Origin: Naegleria gruberi
Lineage: Eukaryota
Strand: one strand, 5' to 3'
Assembly: GCA_000004985.1 (NCBI GenBank)
Contig: GG738873.1
Length of the DNA stretch: 64,000 nucleotides
In this document: positions 35,936-46,366 of the stretch, one piece after another
Position numbering within the stretch: the stretch's first letter is position 1
Layout of the letters: each line of letters opens with the position of its first letter
The notes under the pieces: generated by a model
Told to the model about the DNA's origin: nothing
Database searches by the model: none
Seen by the model: the letters and a program-made list of their open reading frames with translations, nothing else
Made by a program: the position numbers and the translations under genes

Positions 35936-37204
35936 ATTATTCATGCCAAAAGTACACAGTCAATCTTCTTGGAACATTAATAAACTTTTATTAGTACTAT
36001 TGCAGATGTACAATATCAATTATTTCGTATTGTTTCGTTGAAATCATGAAGATCTTGATTTTTCTGTTTTTAATTAAATTTCACATCACATACACCATAT
36101 TTGTTGATAGTTACATATTCGCATTACCAAACCGAATTTATTTAGTACGCATAAATTTTATTCAATTTTATTGGTAAAATTATGCGAATTATTACGAATA
36201 AAAATACTATTTATTATTGTATTTTTAAATTAATTAACTGAAAATTATTGCCAATATTTATGGGTAATAATTCATGCAGAATGAAAATTGGTTGAGAGCA
36301 ATAAGACCTGGAAATCTGATCACACTGCACACACTATTAATCTTTGAAAGAAGAAGTGGCAACTGAGTGAATAAATAATTTGAACATAATGATTCGTAAC
36401 ACAACTCTCCAAGCACAAAAATTTCATCACAACAAACAACAGTATCCCTAATTGAGATATCTTCCCAATAAATCTATCGAATTGAATATACATTCCAACC
36501 TTAAGTGAGGATTTTCTAGCATAAAAAGTGCACAATCTTCAAAAATGTGTTGCCCAATGATAATTCGGAAATTGGCCATTTTCTTTTACAAAACAATACG
36601 GATTGAAATTTTGTAAATTGGATCAAAAGTTGAAAATAGATTCTTCTTTCTACAAAGGAGGTTTTTATTGTAAATTAAAAAGCTTTTTTCCATTTGGAAG
36701 AGTATACTTTGTTGATATTTCAATTAAATCATCCATTGCTTACTTTTAAATCTCTCTTCTTCCCAAGATTGTTCGTTTACACCTTTCCTTGCAATTCTAT
36801 TTTGTTTAGAATCTGCAATTTTAGGTAATTCAGGTAATTTCTCAACAATATCTTTCATTTCTGAATGCTCTCTCCTTTTAAATGAGTGTACACTCGCTTC
36901 AGGGCATTTAACAAGGTATTCATCAAATATTTTTGAAAATTAAGGTTGATTTTCTTTGTTTTGTATATTCTTTTTTTCAAAATATTCTTTTAGTGTTAAG
37001 CACATGTGTTTTGTGATTGCTTGATCATTCGTTCAAAATTAATCTCAAATGAAATTGCTGCAAATCCATCTTCTTGTTTGTATTCAAAATTAATCATTGC
37101 TTTTTTCCTTTCGAGTAATATGTATAGTAACAAGGAATTTCGCTAAAAGTTGATTCAGGGACCATGTATTTCAACATATCTCTAAGGAAATCGTACCCAC
37201 TTTT

Positions 37205-37570
37205 ACAAAATATCAAACACCAAATCATATCTGTGGCAATGTTTTTCCCACTTTTTTCTAGTGCTCCCTCTTTAAAAGAGGATATGCTTGGTTAAAGTCA
37301 CCACCACAAAATTCAATATTCGATATTAAGTAGTTGAGCGAAAAATCACTTTTCCCAAAAAGGTATATGATTTCATAACTCACTAATTATCTCAATTAAA
37401 ACAAAAGATTAAATATTCAAAAATGACCAGGATATAGTATACATGATATGAAACCATCCATGCAAAATTCAAGATTTATACCATGAATCAAACTACATAT
37501 TTCCTTTTAAAGAGGGTGCACTAGAAAAAAGCGGGAAGATATGGCACATCCGATTCTTTGTGAAATATTT
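37205..37570. repeat. Inverted duplication (foldback). Arms of about 75 bp at 37205-37281 and 37503-37570, about 75-80% identical, with a spacer of about 220 bp.
   Basis: cttttttctagtgctccctctttaaaagagg (37251-37281) is the reverse complement of ccttttaaagagggtgcactagaaaaaag (37503-37531). Both arms carry short coding-like fragments in opposite senses (GSTRKKWEKHCHRYDLVFDIL and GCTRKKREDMAHPILCEIF). Confidence 0.5.
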
Positions 37571-38111
37571 CCGAAACTGGAATTATTGAAAAGGGAGTTT
37601 CAATTGTATTAGCAATCAAATTAACTTTCCTGTCTTTTCACCTTCAAACATTGCTTTGAACAACTTACTGTAATTTTCAACAAGGAAAAAATTCATCAAG
37701 TTTGATAAAAAATAGAAAAGTTTCATCTACAATATTCTTGCATCTGCTCACACAATTCCCACCACAAACATGTTGATGGTAATATCACATCGTTGTTTCT
37801 TGTCCCTTTCTGGTTGGAGGGCCGTCAATTGCAGGAATTGTTGATTATTATTGGATGGTATTATTGTTGTTGGTTTAACACTTAGTGGAGAGGCTACAAC
37901 AAATTTAATCATCCCAAAGTGACTCTACTCTTCCAATCTATTCAAGTTTCAACATTGTGTGTTGTGGATATATTACATTATTGAGATACACACATGTATT
38001 ATTGAGATGATTAGTTGAGTGGATGATATTTCTTCAGTTAATTCTGGAATGAAGAAGGGAAAAACACTGGAAATCATTTTGGATAAAGTTATGTGATTTT
38101 AAGAGAATAGT

Positions 38112-38282
38112 AACATAGCAAGACTAGCTGGTGGAGAATTTTTAAGCTTACCATCCCAGCGCTGGGATGGTCAAAACCAGCTAGACAACATCAAAAACTC
38201 GCGACTAAAAATAATCAGCTGGTAAAAACTGACTTCGCAGATTTCAAGTAGCCAAAAAACAATTTTCCAGTCTTGCTATGTT
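38112..38282. repeat. Small foldback structure: 16-20-bp inverted arms flanking a perfect 20-bp palindrome. It lies about 400 bp upstream of the recombinase ORF.
   Basis: The left arm is aacatagcaagactagctgg (38112-38131). The right arm is ccagtcttgctatgtt (38267-38282). The central palindrome is ccatcccagcgctgggatgg (38151-38170). ccagctag/cagctgg motifs recur in between. The segment is GC-richer than its flanks. Confidence 0.5.
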
Positions 38283-38670
38283 GAGGATAGGGATGAACCT
38301 TTTAATATTTGTCATAAGTGATTGAACAGTATTGTTAATTTGAGTTGATTAATTTTCCAATTAATTGTGTCAAGAGTTGATTTTTTGAAATAAGCTCTTG
38401 CAAAGTTAACATGTATATTCTAGAGAATTCCCATTGGTGGCAGTAACAAATTTTTTTGTCAATACACAAATTCAAAGTTTAAAAAATAATTGTGAAAAAG
38501 ATAAAATGTTATTTTTCTTTACTGTGCAACAGTGGCAAAACATTTCCACCACGAGTGAGGTACGAACGAGCTGGTGGATGATTTTTGCGCGATTTGTTGC
38601 GAAGTAAGAACAGCACTTTTTCTCACGAACAAATATTCCACTGATCTCTGGATATTATTCATTCAAAAAA

Positions 38671-39942
38671 ATGTCTCAAGAGGTTGATGATCTTGCCAGC
38701 GACCTGTTGCTAGAAGAGTTTGATAGTCTCACTGTAACAGGGGAGCAGTCTTTCAACTTTGTTCTTGGAGAAAATAGTATTCAAGCAGTCAAAACAAGGA
38801 AAAACTACAACAATCACAATATGGCACTCAAGGATTTTGCTCTTGAAAATCCAGATGTAAATCTGCAAGATTTACAGGTTGGTTGGTTGAAAGATTATTT
38901 TCAATTCCTCCATCAGAATAAGAAAGTAACTGGTCAAACATTATGGCAATATCACTCCAGTCTTGCAAAGCTGTATGCATGTAATTACAATCTTTCGATT
39001 AAGAATGTTGCCAATTATTCAGTTCTGTCTAGTTTCATCAAAGAATTAGAGAAAAACAGTGTAGACAGCACCGCAGGTGCTGAAGATATTCCATTAAGCA
39101 CAGTAATTGGTGTTCTCTCTCAATACCCAGAAGATGGATCAAATATTATGAAAAAGGCTTTTTTTGTATTCACCACAATAAGCTGTAAGAGATGTGATGA
39201 TGCTCATTGTTTACAATTTCATCATTTAACATTCAAAGAAGATTCAATCGATTTTGATATCTCACAAACTGCAACCAATCCAACTTCCAAAAAAACCAAG
39301 ACAGATGCCTGCACTGGTTGTATTGTCAAAAGCAATGTTCTAGAAATATGTCCCTTTAGAATTTTTAAGAAATACACTGATCAAATTGAAGACAAGAAAG
39401 GTCCTGTATTTAGGAGATGGGTTGGTAAAAAGGGTGGTGGTTATTTCGGAAAACAAGCAGTTGGTATTAACACCATGTACAGTTTCTTCCAAGATATTTT
39501 GAAAAGTGTTATTGAAGTATGTCCAGAGGACATACAAATTGAAGAAAGAACTGGTGCTAGAGCACCAGAACACCTTCGTTCCAACAAGACATCCACAAAA
39601 ATTGGTCTTGCTCGTTATACAGGACACACAGGAAGAAAAACAGCTGGTACCATCATTTCCACCATTGCTGCAATGACTGATCTTGAAAGAAAGAAATATG
39701 GTGATTGGAAGAATATGAAAACGGTTGAAACCTACAGCAACAACAATCCTGAAACCAGAAAAATTGCTAGCAAGAAGGTTGTTGATCATTTATCAGATGC
39801 TTTTAAAAGATCCAATGATGAAGAAGAAGAAAGTCAATATGCTCCTGTAGCAAAAAAGAGCAAGTCTTCCGAATCAAGCTTCAGTAATGATGGAAAGACA
39901 TTCGTCTTCAAAAACTGCTCAAATATCACAATAAACTTCTAA
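38671..39942 (+). CDS. Crypton-like tyrosine recombinase (YR). Intact 423-aa intronless ORF.
   Basis: The C-terminal catalytic region reads ...RYTGHTGRKTAGTIISTIAAMTDLERKKYGDWKNMKTVETY. This matches the YR HxxR box (GH[ST]xRxxA) and the GRW-x(8)-Y tyrosine box. A Cys/His cluster lies upstream (CKRCDDAHCLQFHH). No RT, RNase H or integrase is nearby. Confidence 0.65.
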   Translation: MSQEVDDLASDLLLEEFDSLTVTGEQSFNFVLGENSIQAVKTRKNYNNHNMALKDFALENPDVNLQDLQVGWLKDYFQFLHQNKKVTGQTLWQYHSSLAKLYACNYNLSIKNVANYSVLSSFIKELEKNSVDSTAGAEDIPLSTVIGVLSQYPEDGSNIMKKAFFVFTTISCKRCDDAHCLQFHHLTFKEDSIDFDISQTATNPTSKKTKTDACTGCIVKSNVLEICPFRIFKKYTDQIEDKKGPVFRRWVGKKGGGYFGKQAVGINTMYSFFQDILKSVIEVCPEDIQIEERTGARAPEHLRSNKTSTKIGLARYTGHTGRKTAGTIISTIAAMTDLERKKYGDWKNMKTVETYSNNNPETRKIASKKVVDHLSDAFKRSNDEEEESQYAPVAKKSKSSESSFSNDGKTFVFKNCSNITINF

Positions 39943-40965
39943 CATTTTTATTTCCAGTAAAAAGTGGTGTTATGCACTCATTTATGCCAGCACAGTTGGA
40001 ACTCGGAACAAGAAGAAATAAGCAAGGACGCTGTTATGCACTCACTGTTCGGAGAGGATTATGTTAACTCGCGAGCAGTCCATAACAGGTCCTGGAGTGA
40101 GAAAAAACAATTTAATTTAATCGTAAGTTAGATTTTAATAGCTAATAGTTTGTTTAATTTTAATGTTCAGATTGATGAAATAGTGTTGAACTGTTGCCGA
40201 GCTTATAAGAAGAAGAATTTGAAAGAATTGACGGTGTGCCGGTAAATCCTGTCTAACGGGATCCGTCAGATGTAATAAGCTGTCAAATGGGACAGTCAGC
40301 AGTAAGAGGGAGCAAGAATGGAATTAAGGGAAATACTAAAAATTCTCAATTGTAGAATAATCACTAAAATCAAAGATTACACTCTTTCTGTCTCAAATTT
40401 AAGAATGACATGATATAATTTGACTAAATTGATTAAAACACTGTTGGGGAACTACCCTTCTTTTTTAGAGAAGTTTCCTTCTCAAACAATTCAGGTAAAT
40501 AGTAAACTGTGGAAAGTTTAAATTTGATTTTTTATTGAAAATGAAAAATATGGATTAATTGATATGAGTGTGATTACTATAATGTGCAAGATGTTGAAAA
40601 AGTTGGTTATCTTTGAAATTCAATTTAAAAGTGCACTAAGAAAGCAAATGCTGAACTAGATGAGTTGATACAAATAAACGGTGAGACGGGCAACGGGATG
40701 AACGGGATTCAGGCGTTTCTTATTCTAAACGGGAGATTCTCTCCGCTTAATACTACAAGGTGGCAATTCAAATATGGAGAGAGAGCTTAGTAACATTAAT
40801 AAAATGAATGAGACATAATTACTTTTTGAATTTTCCTTTTATATTTGAAACTTTGACTCTGCTTACTTTCAATTGTTTGTTTAATATGGCTTGCTTGACT
40901 GAAGAATAAGCAATAACTAACACATCCAAACATCACCAGACTGGATTTTGAAGAAAAAATATTTC

Positions 40966-41560
40966 AACATCTAGTACGTGATGTACTTTGATGATTTACG
41001 GAGTGGTTTCACATCTTTATACCACAATAATTTCAGCTCGTCATCTCTACATCATCTATATAATAGTAGTAATAGTGATTTTTTATTGGAAAATTATCAT
41101 CATGAAATTAGAAATTATTTTTCATCATGGAAAAATTCATGTTGGTGATACCATCATCTGATCATTTACCAACCATCATCAATGATATTTTCCATCGATA
41201 TAATAATAGTATTTGTGGAAATTAATTTTCAGTAATTTAATTTTAGTTGAAAATCACCATTTTCACTAAATTCATCATCAGTGTGGAATCTACTGTACAA
41301 ATTGGAAATCTGTCAACATAGTATTGTTCGGAATGGTCAATAGTATCAGAAAAGATTTTGTCCGATGACTTTTGGTCAAGTTATGATAGGGAAAGGTATG
41401 TGTGAAATTTGAAAATACACATTATACTACCCATCATGTACTTCACCAAATCAAAAAGTTTCTTCTAGTAGTACTATTTAAATTGATAATAAACATCATA
41501 TTTATTATAATTTATTCCTTTTCTTTTGTGTTGGTCAAGTTCCGGTTGGGTTGACTAAGA
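40966..41560. repeat. Dispersed repeat copy D2, the direct partner of D1 at 35342-35935.
   Basis: See D1 (35342-35935). Together they bracket about 5.6 kb containing the YR ORF and the two foldback structures. Confidence 0.55.
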
Positions 41561-42071
41561 ATTGGTTATTTACTCGCCCAAATTAAATTTCCAAATCATG
41601 TAACTTTCCCATGTATTAGTAAATATCAAATTAATAATAAATTTCACTTTTTTTTTAATTTTTTATATAAGGCAGTCCTTAACACTCTTTTTTTCCCTTA
41701 ATTCTAAATAACTCTTGGATCAGATGACGAAACCTGAATTTTTTGAATAATTATGGATATATATAAATAATGACAATGCTACTAACTGTAATTGACATGT
41801 TTTATTATTTGCGAATAAACTTGAAACAAATCTATTCAAAGATTTGCTAATTTGTTAGTTGAAATTACAAAATCAAACAATGAAACTTGATCTGGTAACA
41901 TATATAAATGCACACATCGAGTGGGGAAAGTTTCATGAAATAATAATGTGAAATTTGATCTTGGGAATGAAATCGTTAAGAACAAGTAGATTAAAGCCAA
42001 CAACAAATGGAATAGCCTATTTTATTCAATTCATATTAGAACAATTTTAGAATGTTACTGTGTTATTGAGC

Positions 42072-42716
42072 TTAATATAATTTAGACTTCAAATGTAACA
42101 TTTCCATCATCTTTTGCAAGCCTTTGGATTGAATTTCTTGTAGACGAGGATAGTTACGAGAGTTGTGAATGACAGATTCAAATCGAGCCATCAAAACTTG
42201 AACTCTATTCAACAACGCCTCATTGGAAGAGTAATGACGAAGTGTTTTGGTTGAGACAAAACTTATGACATCTCCATCGGATAGTCTATCACCAACTTCG
42301 TAGTTACGTCTAATCTCCTTGATAGTAGTTAGACCCCAATGTTTACCAGTGAAATCCTCATCAGCGGATTCCTCATCAAGGTCTTCATCAAGTTGATTAG
42401 CTTGTTGCAGAATAGGAGGAACAGCTTCAAGATGCTTTATTCTCTCACCCAAAGAAGTGATGGCGTTGAAAATAGCATCAAGGTTCTTTTCAGAACCAGC
42501 TTGGTTGTTATCCAAGGTTTTGCTTGTTGGGTCAACCACAGAGGGGAGTGAAGCTGAGCTACCATTGTCAGTTACTAGGATGTAACCTGACTTGTAGGTA
42601 GAAGTTGAAGATTTGCTTACTGAAACTCTTTGACGAATGTTGGAGATATTCGCTTTGCTTGGTGTTTGAACCATTTCAATATACTTAATTTTTTTGAGCA
42701 TAAAATTATTTATCAA
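42072..42716 (-). CDS. Hypothetical acidic protein of 214 aa. Its 5' end and start codon lie inside repeat A.
   Basis: It has an ORF with an internal Met MLKKIKYIE. A truncated copy of the first approximately 130 bp (promoter plus the first 9 codons) recurs at 45255-45385. No recognisable domain. Confidence 0.35.
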   Translation of the reverse strand: MINNFMLKKIKYIEMVQTPSKANISNIRQRVSVSKSSTSTYKSGYILVTDNGSSASLPSVVDPTSKTLDNNQAGSEKNLDAIFNAITSLGERIKHLEAVPPILQQANQLDEDLDEESADEDFTGKHWGLTTIKEIRRNYEVGDRLSDGDVISFVSTKTLRHYSSNEALLNRVQVLMARFESVIHNSRNYPRLQEIQSKGLQKMMEMLHLKSKLY

Positions 42717-42776
42717 CTCAATTTTATTGTTTACAATTTGTCGAAATGCTAACGTTGCATCGTTCCTCGCAACTCT
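42650..42776. repeat. Repeat A (A1), about 90% identical to 45255-45385 (A2) in the same orientation.
   Basis: cttaatttttttgagcataaaattatttatcaactcaattttattgtttacaatttgtcgaaatgctaacgttgcatcgttcctcgcaact occurs in both copies with a few mismatches. Confidence 0.7.
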
Positions 42777-43826
42777 ACATTATTGAATCTTCTGTAGCCT
42801 TGTTGATTGTTGGATTGATAAGTATTACCTTGTCCTTGGTTGAAGTTGTTGTAGTTGTAGCCAGCTTGTCTAGTATTGTATCTAGTGAGGAACTTACGAA
42901 AATTAAGGGTTCTGCTAGCCCATTTGCTGACTTTTTCAATAGTTTCTGTGTTTGAATGGGCATTAAAAATGACTTTGAAGCAGCTGAAAACTTCTCTAAC
43001 AGCTACAAATCAGGAGGTTCACTTAACCAAATCACCTCCAAACAACAAGAGAAGACGATTAAATCTGCTGAAAAAGTAAAAACAGCAGAAGATTAGATTT
43101 AACTCAGAAATATTCTAAATAAATTCAAATCCTTGAAGAATAAGTGGTAAATCAAGAATATCACTCTCTCAAACGCTTGCAGATTTCAATGACTCACCAA
43201 ACATTCTTTGGTAAGAGTCGATGATGTGGTTTTTAAACCAATCATCTAGTTCATCAGCAACTCTTGCACTTTTACCAGAAACCTCTTCAGATGGGTTGGA
43301 CTCAAACAATTCCATCGAAGAAGCGAGAGTAGAAGTACTTTGTGAACCAACCTTGGCGTTGTTTGAGTCTTTGTCAGGTGATATCTTTTGCTGATTGTTC
43401 TTTTTCGTGTCTTGAAGGCATAGCAGAACTATTAGATGAATTTGAGGTGGAAGGAGTTAGAATAATAACTCGTTTCTCGCTACCTGCAGAAGGTGAGCTA
43501 AGGTCTTTCGTTTTCTTGTTGTTCTTTGGTGTAGTTGGTGTTTTGTAATTCTAGAGTGAAACAATTTGTTGAACGTGTAGAATGTATGTGTTCTGAATGA
43601 TTATAATAAATTGAATGTTATTTGCTTAAATTTATTGAGTTTCATGTTCAAAAAATTTATCTAAACTAAATGTCTTCAAGAAACATTTTAACTTCTGCTT
43701 CTAAAGCAAGAAATGATAGGTCCCACCCTGTTCTTATCGAAGTTTACTGAGATAAAGTAGTGTTTCTTGAAAACAACAATTGAATAAACTAATAATAGAA
43801 AGTATGCTCAAAAAAATTGTCATACT

Positions 43827-44954
43827 ATGGTCGCTAAGAAGCCTCAAGATATTGACTCCTCTTTATCTGATGAAGATCTCCCAGCAGTTGAAGTAGAATA
43901 CCTCATAACACTAGTGAAAGCAAGAAAACAACAAGCTGCTAAGAAGCTTAGAAAGTTAAAGGCCATGTCACCTGTAGCTAATAGAAATAAGCGCAAACAA
44001 TTTACTTCAGTTTCATCATCTAACAGTGCCTTAGATGATGGTATTTCAACTGTTGTTTCCAGTTCGTTGTTAAACAATTCAACATTGTTGGATAGTTCTT
44101 CAACTGCACCCTCTTCGTCAAACAATTCGTCTTCTTCCAATTCAGGTAGAGATAGTTTTACCAGTAGTTCATCTGAACATGATATCATGGTGATCAAAGC
44201 CCAAATGCAAGAAATGATTGGAGTTTTGAGAACCGTAACAGGAAATATCTCTGAACTTACTAAGAAAGTTCAGGAGAGAGAAGAAGAATCAGATGATGAT
44301 TTTGTTAATCCAGAAGCTATATCTTTAGAAGTTTGGTTACGTCAAACTTATAGAGACCTTAGAAGTTCTTACAATGTTCCTTCATCTATTGGAGATGATT
44401 TATTACTTTCTGCAGTATCCTCCGAGATACTTAAAGACCGTAAACAAGAGGAGACCAAGAGAAGAATTCAATATTTGCTCCTTAAATACAAGGATGTGAT
44501 TTCCAAGTTTGCCCCAGACATTAGATTGGATGAGATTAACAGTATTGGTTATTCTAAACTAGTAGAGTTAACTCAAATCAAAATTGAATTGTTGGAATAT
44601 GCATTGAATTCTCCACTTGATTTTACAGTCATGACAGAGATTACAGAACTTTGTAGAATGATTTGCAAAGTTGAAGCCCTCTTCCTTAAAGAAGGTTTAC
44701 AAGTTTCCACTTTCGATGTTGGTAGAGAATTCCTTAACAGATACATTTCTACTAATAGTTTCGAAACTGCTGCCGAAAGTGAACTTCATAATATTAGAAC
44801 AACATATCATTACTACAAAGCAACCAAGCAGCAACAAGGTCCAAAGGGAATTACCAAGAAGTATTCTAAGAAGAAACCGTTTCAAAAGAAAAACAATAAG
44901 GGTCAAGGAAACGATGGTAAATTCCAAGGAAAAGATAAGGATAAGTCAGAATGA
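43827..44954 (+). CDS. Hypothetical 375-aa protein with a Ser-rich low-complexity N-terminal half, a helical C-terminal half and a basic K-rich tail. It may be a TE-associated (Gag-like?) ORF.
   Basis: A single ORF located between the split direct repeats A1 and B1. No recognisable catalytic motif. Confidence 0.3.
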   Translation: MVAKKPQDIDSSLSDEDLPAVEVEYLITLVKARKQQAAKKLRKLKAMSPVANRNKRKQFTSVSSSNSALDDGISTVVSSSLLNNSTLLDSSSTAPSSSNNSSSSNSGRDSFTSSSSEHDIMVIKAQMQEMIGVLRTVTGNISELTKKVQEREEESDDDFVNPEAISLEVWLRQTYRDLRSSYNVPSSIGDDLLLSAVSSEILKDRKQEETKRRIQYLLLKYKDVISKFAPDIRLDEINSIGYSKLVELTQIKIELLEYALNSPLDFTVMTEITELCRMICKVEALFLKEGLQVSTFDVGREFLNRYISTNSFETAAESELHNIRTTYHYYKATKQQQGPKGITKKYSKKKPFQKKNNKGQGNDGKFQGKDKDKSE

Positions 44955-45126
44955 CTCTTCCACTAATAAAGATTTTTATCCAATCAAAGCAGGTTCTATA
45001 ACTGAATCACCAATTTGGTGAAACAGTTACCTGACTCTAAAACCCATTTGTCTCTAATCAATTTGTTACTCTTTTTATTATAATCTATGAAGAACATTTA
45101 ACTTGATAAATTTTTCAAATTATAAA

Positions 45127-45441
45127 TATTATTTCTCCAAATAAAACAATAAAGAATTTCGTTGATAAACCAATGGGTAGAAGCTCACTCAACATATTCT
45201 TCATCCAAAGGATGAGGTATGTTGCTCGGAAATGCTGCCTTTTAGGTCATTGACTTTATTCAGCAATGATTTTGCTTGGTGTGTTTACCATGTTTCTTAA
45301 TTTTTTTGAGCATAAAAATTATTTATCAACTCAATTTTATTGTTTACAATTTGTCGAAATACTAACGTTGCATCGTTCCTCGCAACTAGCCATATTTCTC
45401 CAAATAAAACAATAAAGAATTTCGTTGATAAACCAATGGGT
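45127..45441. repeat. Split direct-repeat block: B1 (45127-45177), A2 (45255-45385) and B2 (45391-45441).
   Basis: atatttctccaaataaaacaataaagaatttcgttgataaaccaatgggt occurs twice, at 45127-45177 and 45391-45441, flanking the A-repeat copy. This gives the order A1 ... B1 A2 B2 known from Ngaro/PAT-like DIRS elements. Confidence 0.5.
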
Positions 45442-45644
45442 TAGTCCAGAGAAAATAGAGTGTTAGTGAAATTCTTGCCAGCTAGGCCTTCAGATCTAAG
45501 GTAAGGAAATAAACTTTTTTCCTTTTTATGTCTTGCACCGACCATTAGATCAGTTGTAGACATACCCTTTCTGAGTCCTTCTGTGATAGCACCTATTCTA
45601 AGGCTGTGACCTGAGACTGTTACGCCTTGATCTACTATACCCAC
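45441..45644 (-). pseudogene. Tyrosine-recombinase C-terminal fragment (Crypton/DIRS-type YR), degraded.
   Basis: SGHSLRIGAITEGLRKGMSTTDLMVGARHKKEKSLFPYL contains the YR HxxR box (GHSLRIGAIT) and a degenerate GRW...Y tyrosine box. Only 67 codons are open and there is no N-terminal domain. It lies directly beside B2. Confidence 0.6.
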
Positions 45645-45780
45645 TGCATTCTTTAGTATTTTTGAAATACCATCTGAATCTTAGTAGTACCGTTTCAGTT
45701 TTACCTAGTTGTAATAAACACCGGAAATTTATTTATGTTTTTAACTATAAAAGCTGAAAGTAGTCAAATGTTGATATTTG

Positions 45781-45782
<2 letters not shown>

Positions 45783-45812
<30 letters not shown>
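45783..45812. repeat. (AT)15 microsatellite.
   Basis: A perfect AT dinucleotide run. Confidence 0.9.
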
Positions 45813-45815
<3 letters not shown>

Positions 45816-46311
45816 AATAGATGTTAGATATTAGTTGTTCCATTTATTTTTAAACCTATCACTCCATCAACCTCCATGAATCTAGTTGTCTATTTCTTGT
45901 TGTAAGAGTTTTTCTTTGTTTTAATAAACAACTATCACAACTCTAATTTTACTACTTCTAATAGCAGTGTTTTTGTAATATTTTTACAAAGTTTGTTCTT
46001 TCTTTGAATTCATTTTCTTTGGATTTACCATAAAGATTATTACTTCCAATCAATAATCTTCATAATGATAATACCAACTTTAGAAGATTTTTAAAAATTA
46101 ATGGTTTTTTATATTTTATATATTACTTTGTTAAGCTTTTCTAAATTTCAAATCGATAAATTTTTGAAAATTTATTTTAGCTTCTTAATTTTCAATTAAT
46201 TTCATTATCTTTATATCTAAATCACTTTTAAATGCTTTTTCAGATAAACCAATTAAACCACCATCTTATAAACCAACTTGCAACAAAAATTTTTTCGGAT
46301 GTATATATATA

Positions 46312-46327
46312 TATATATATATATATA
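46312..46327. repeat. (TA)8 microsatellite.
   Basis: A perfect TA dinucleotide run. Confidence 0.9.
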
Positions 46328-46366
46328 AATGCATGCGAAAATTTTTATTTTATTTATATTAAATAT

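Noticed and set aside
38500-38640. A GC-richer segment just upstream of the YR start, as a candidate tRNA or small RNA.
   Set aside because: I could not identify a tRNA cloverleaf (acceptor/T-loop GTTCRANYC) by eye. It is more likely the YR promoter or 5' UTR. It is left unresolved rather than called.
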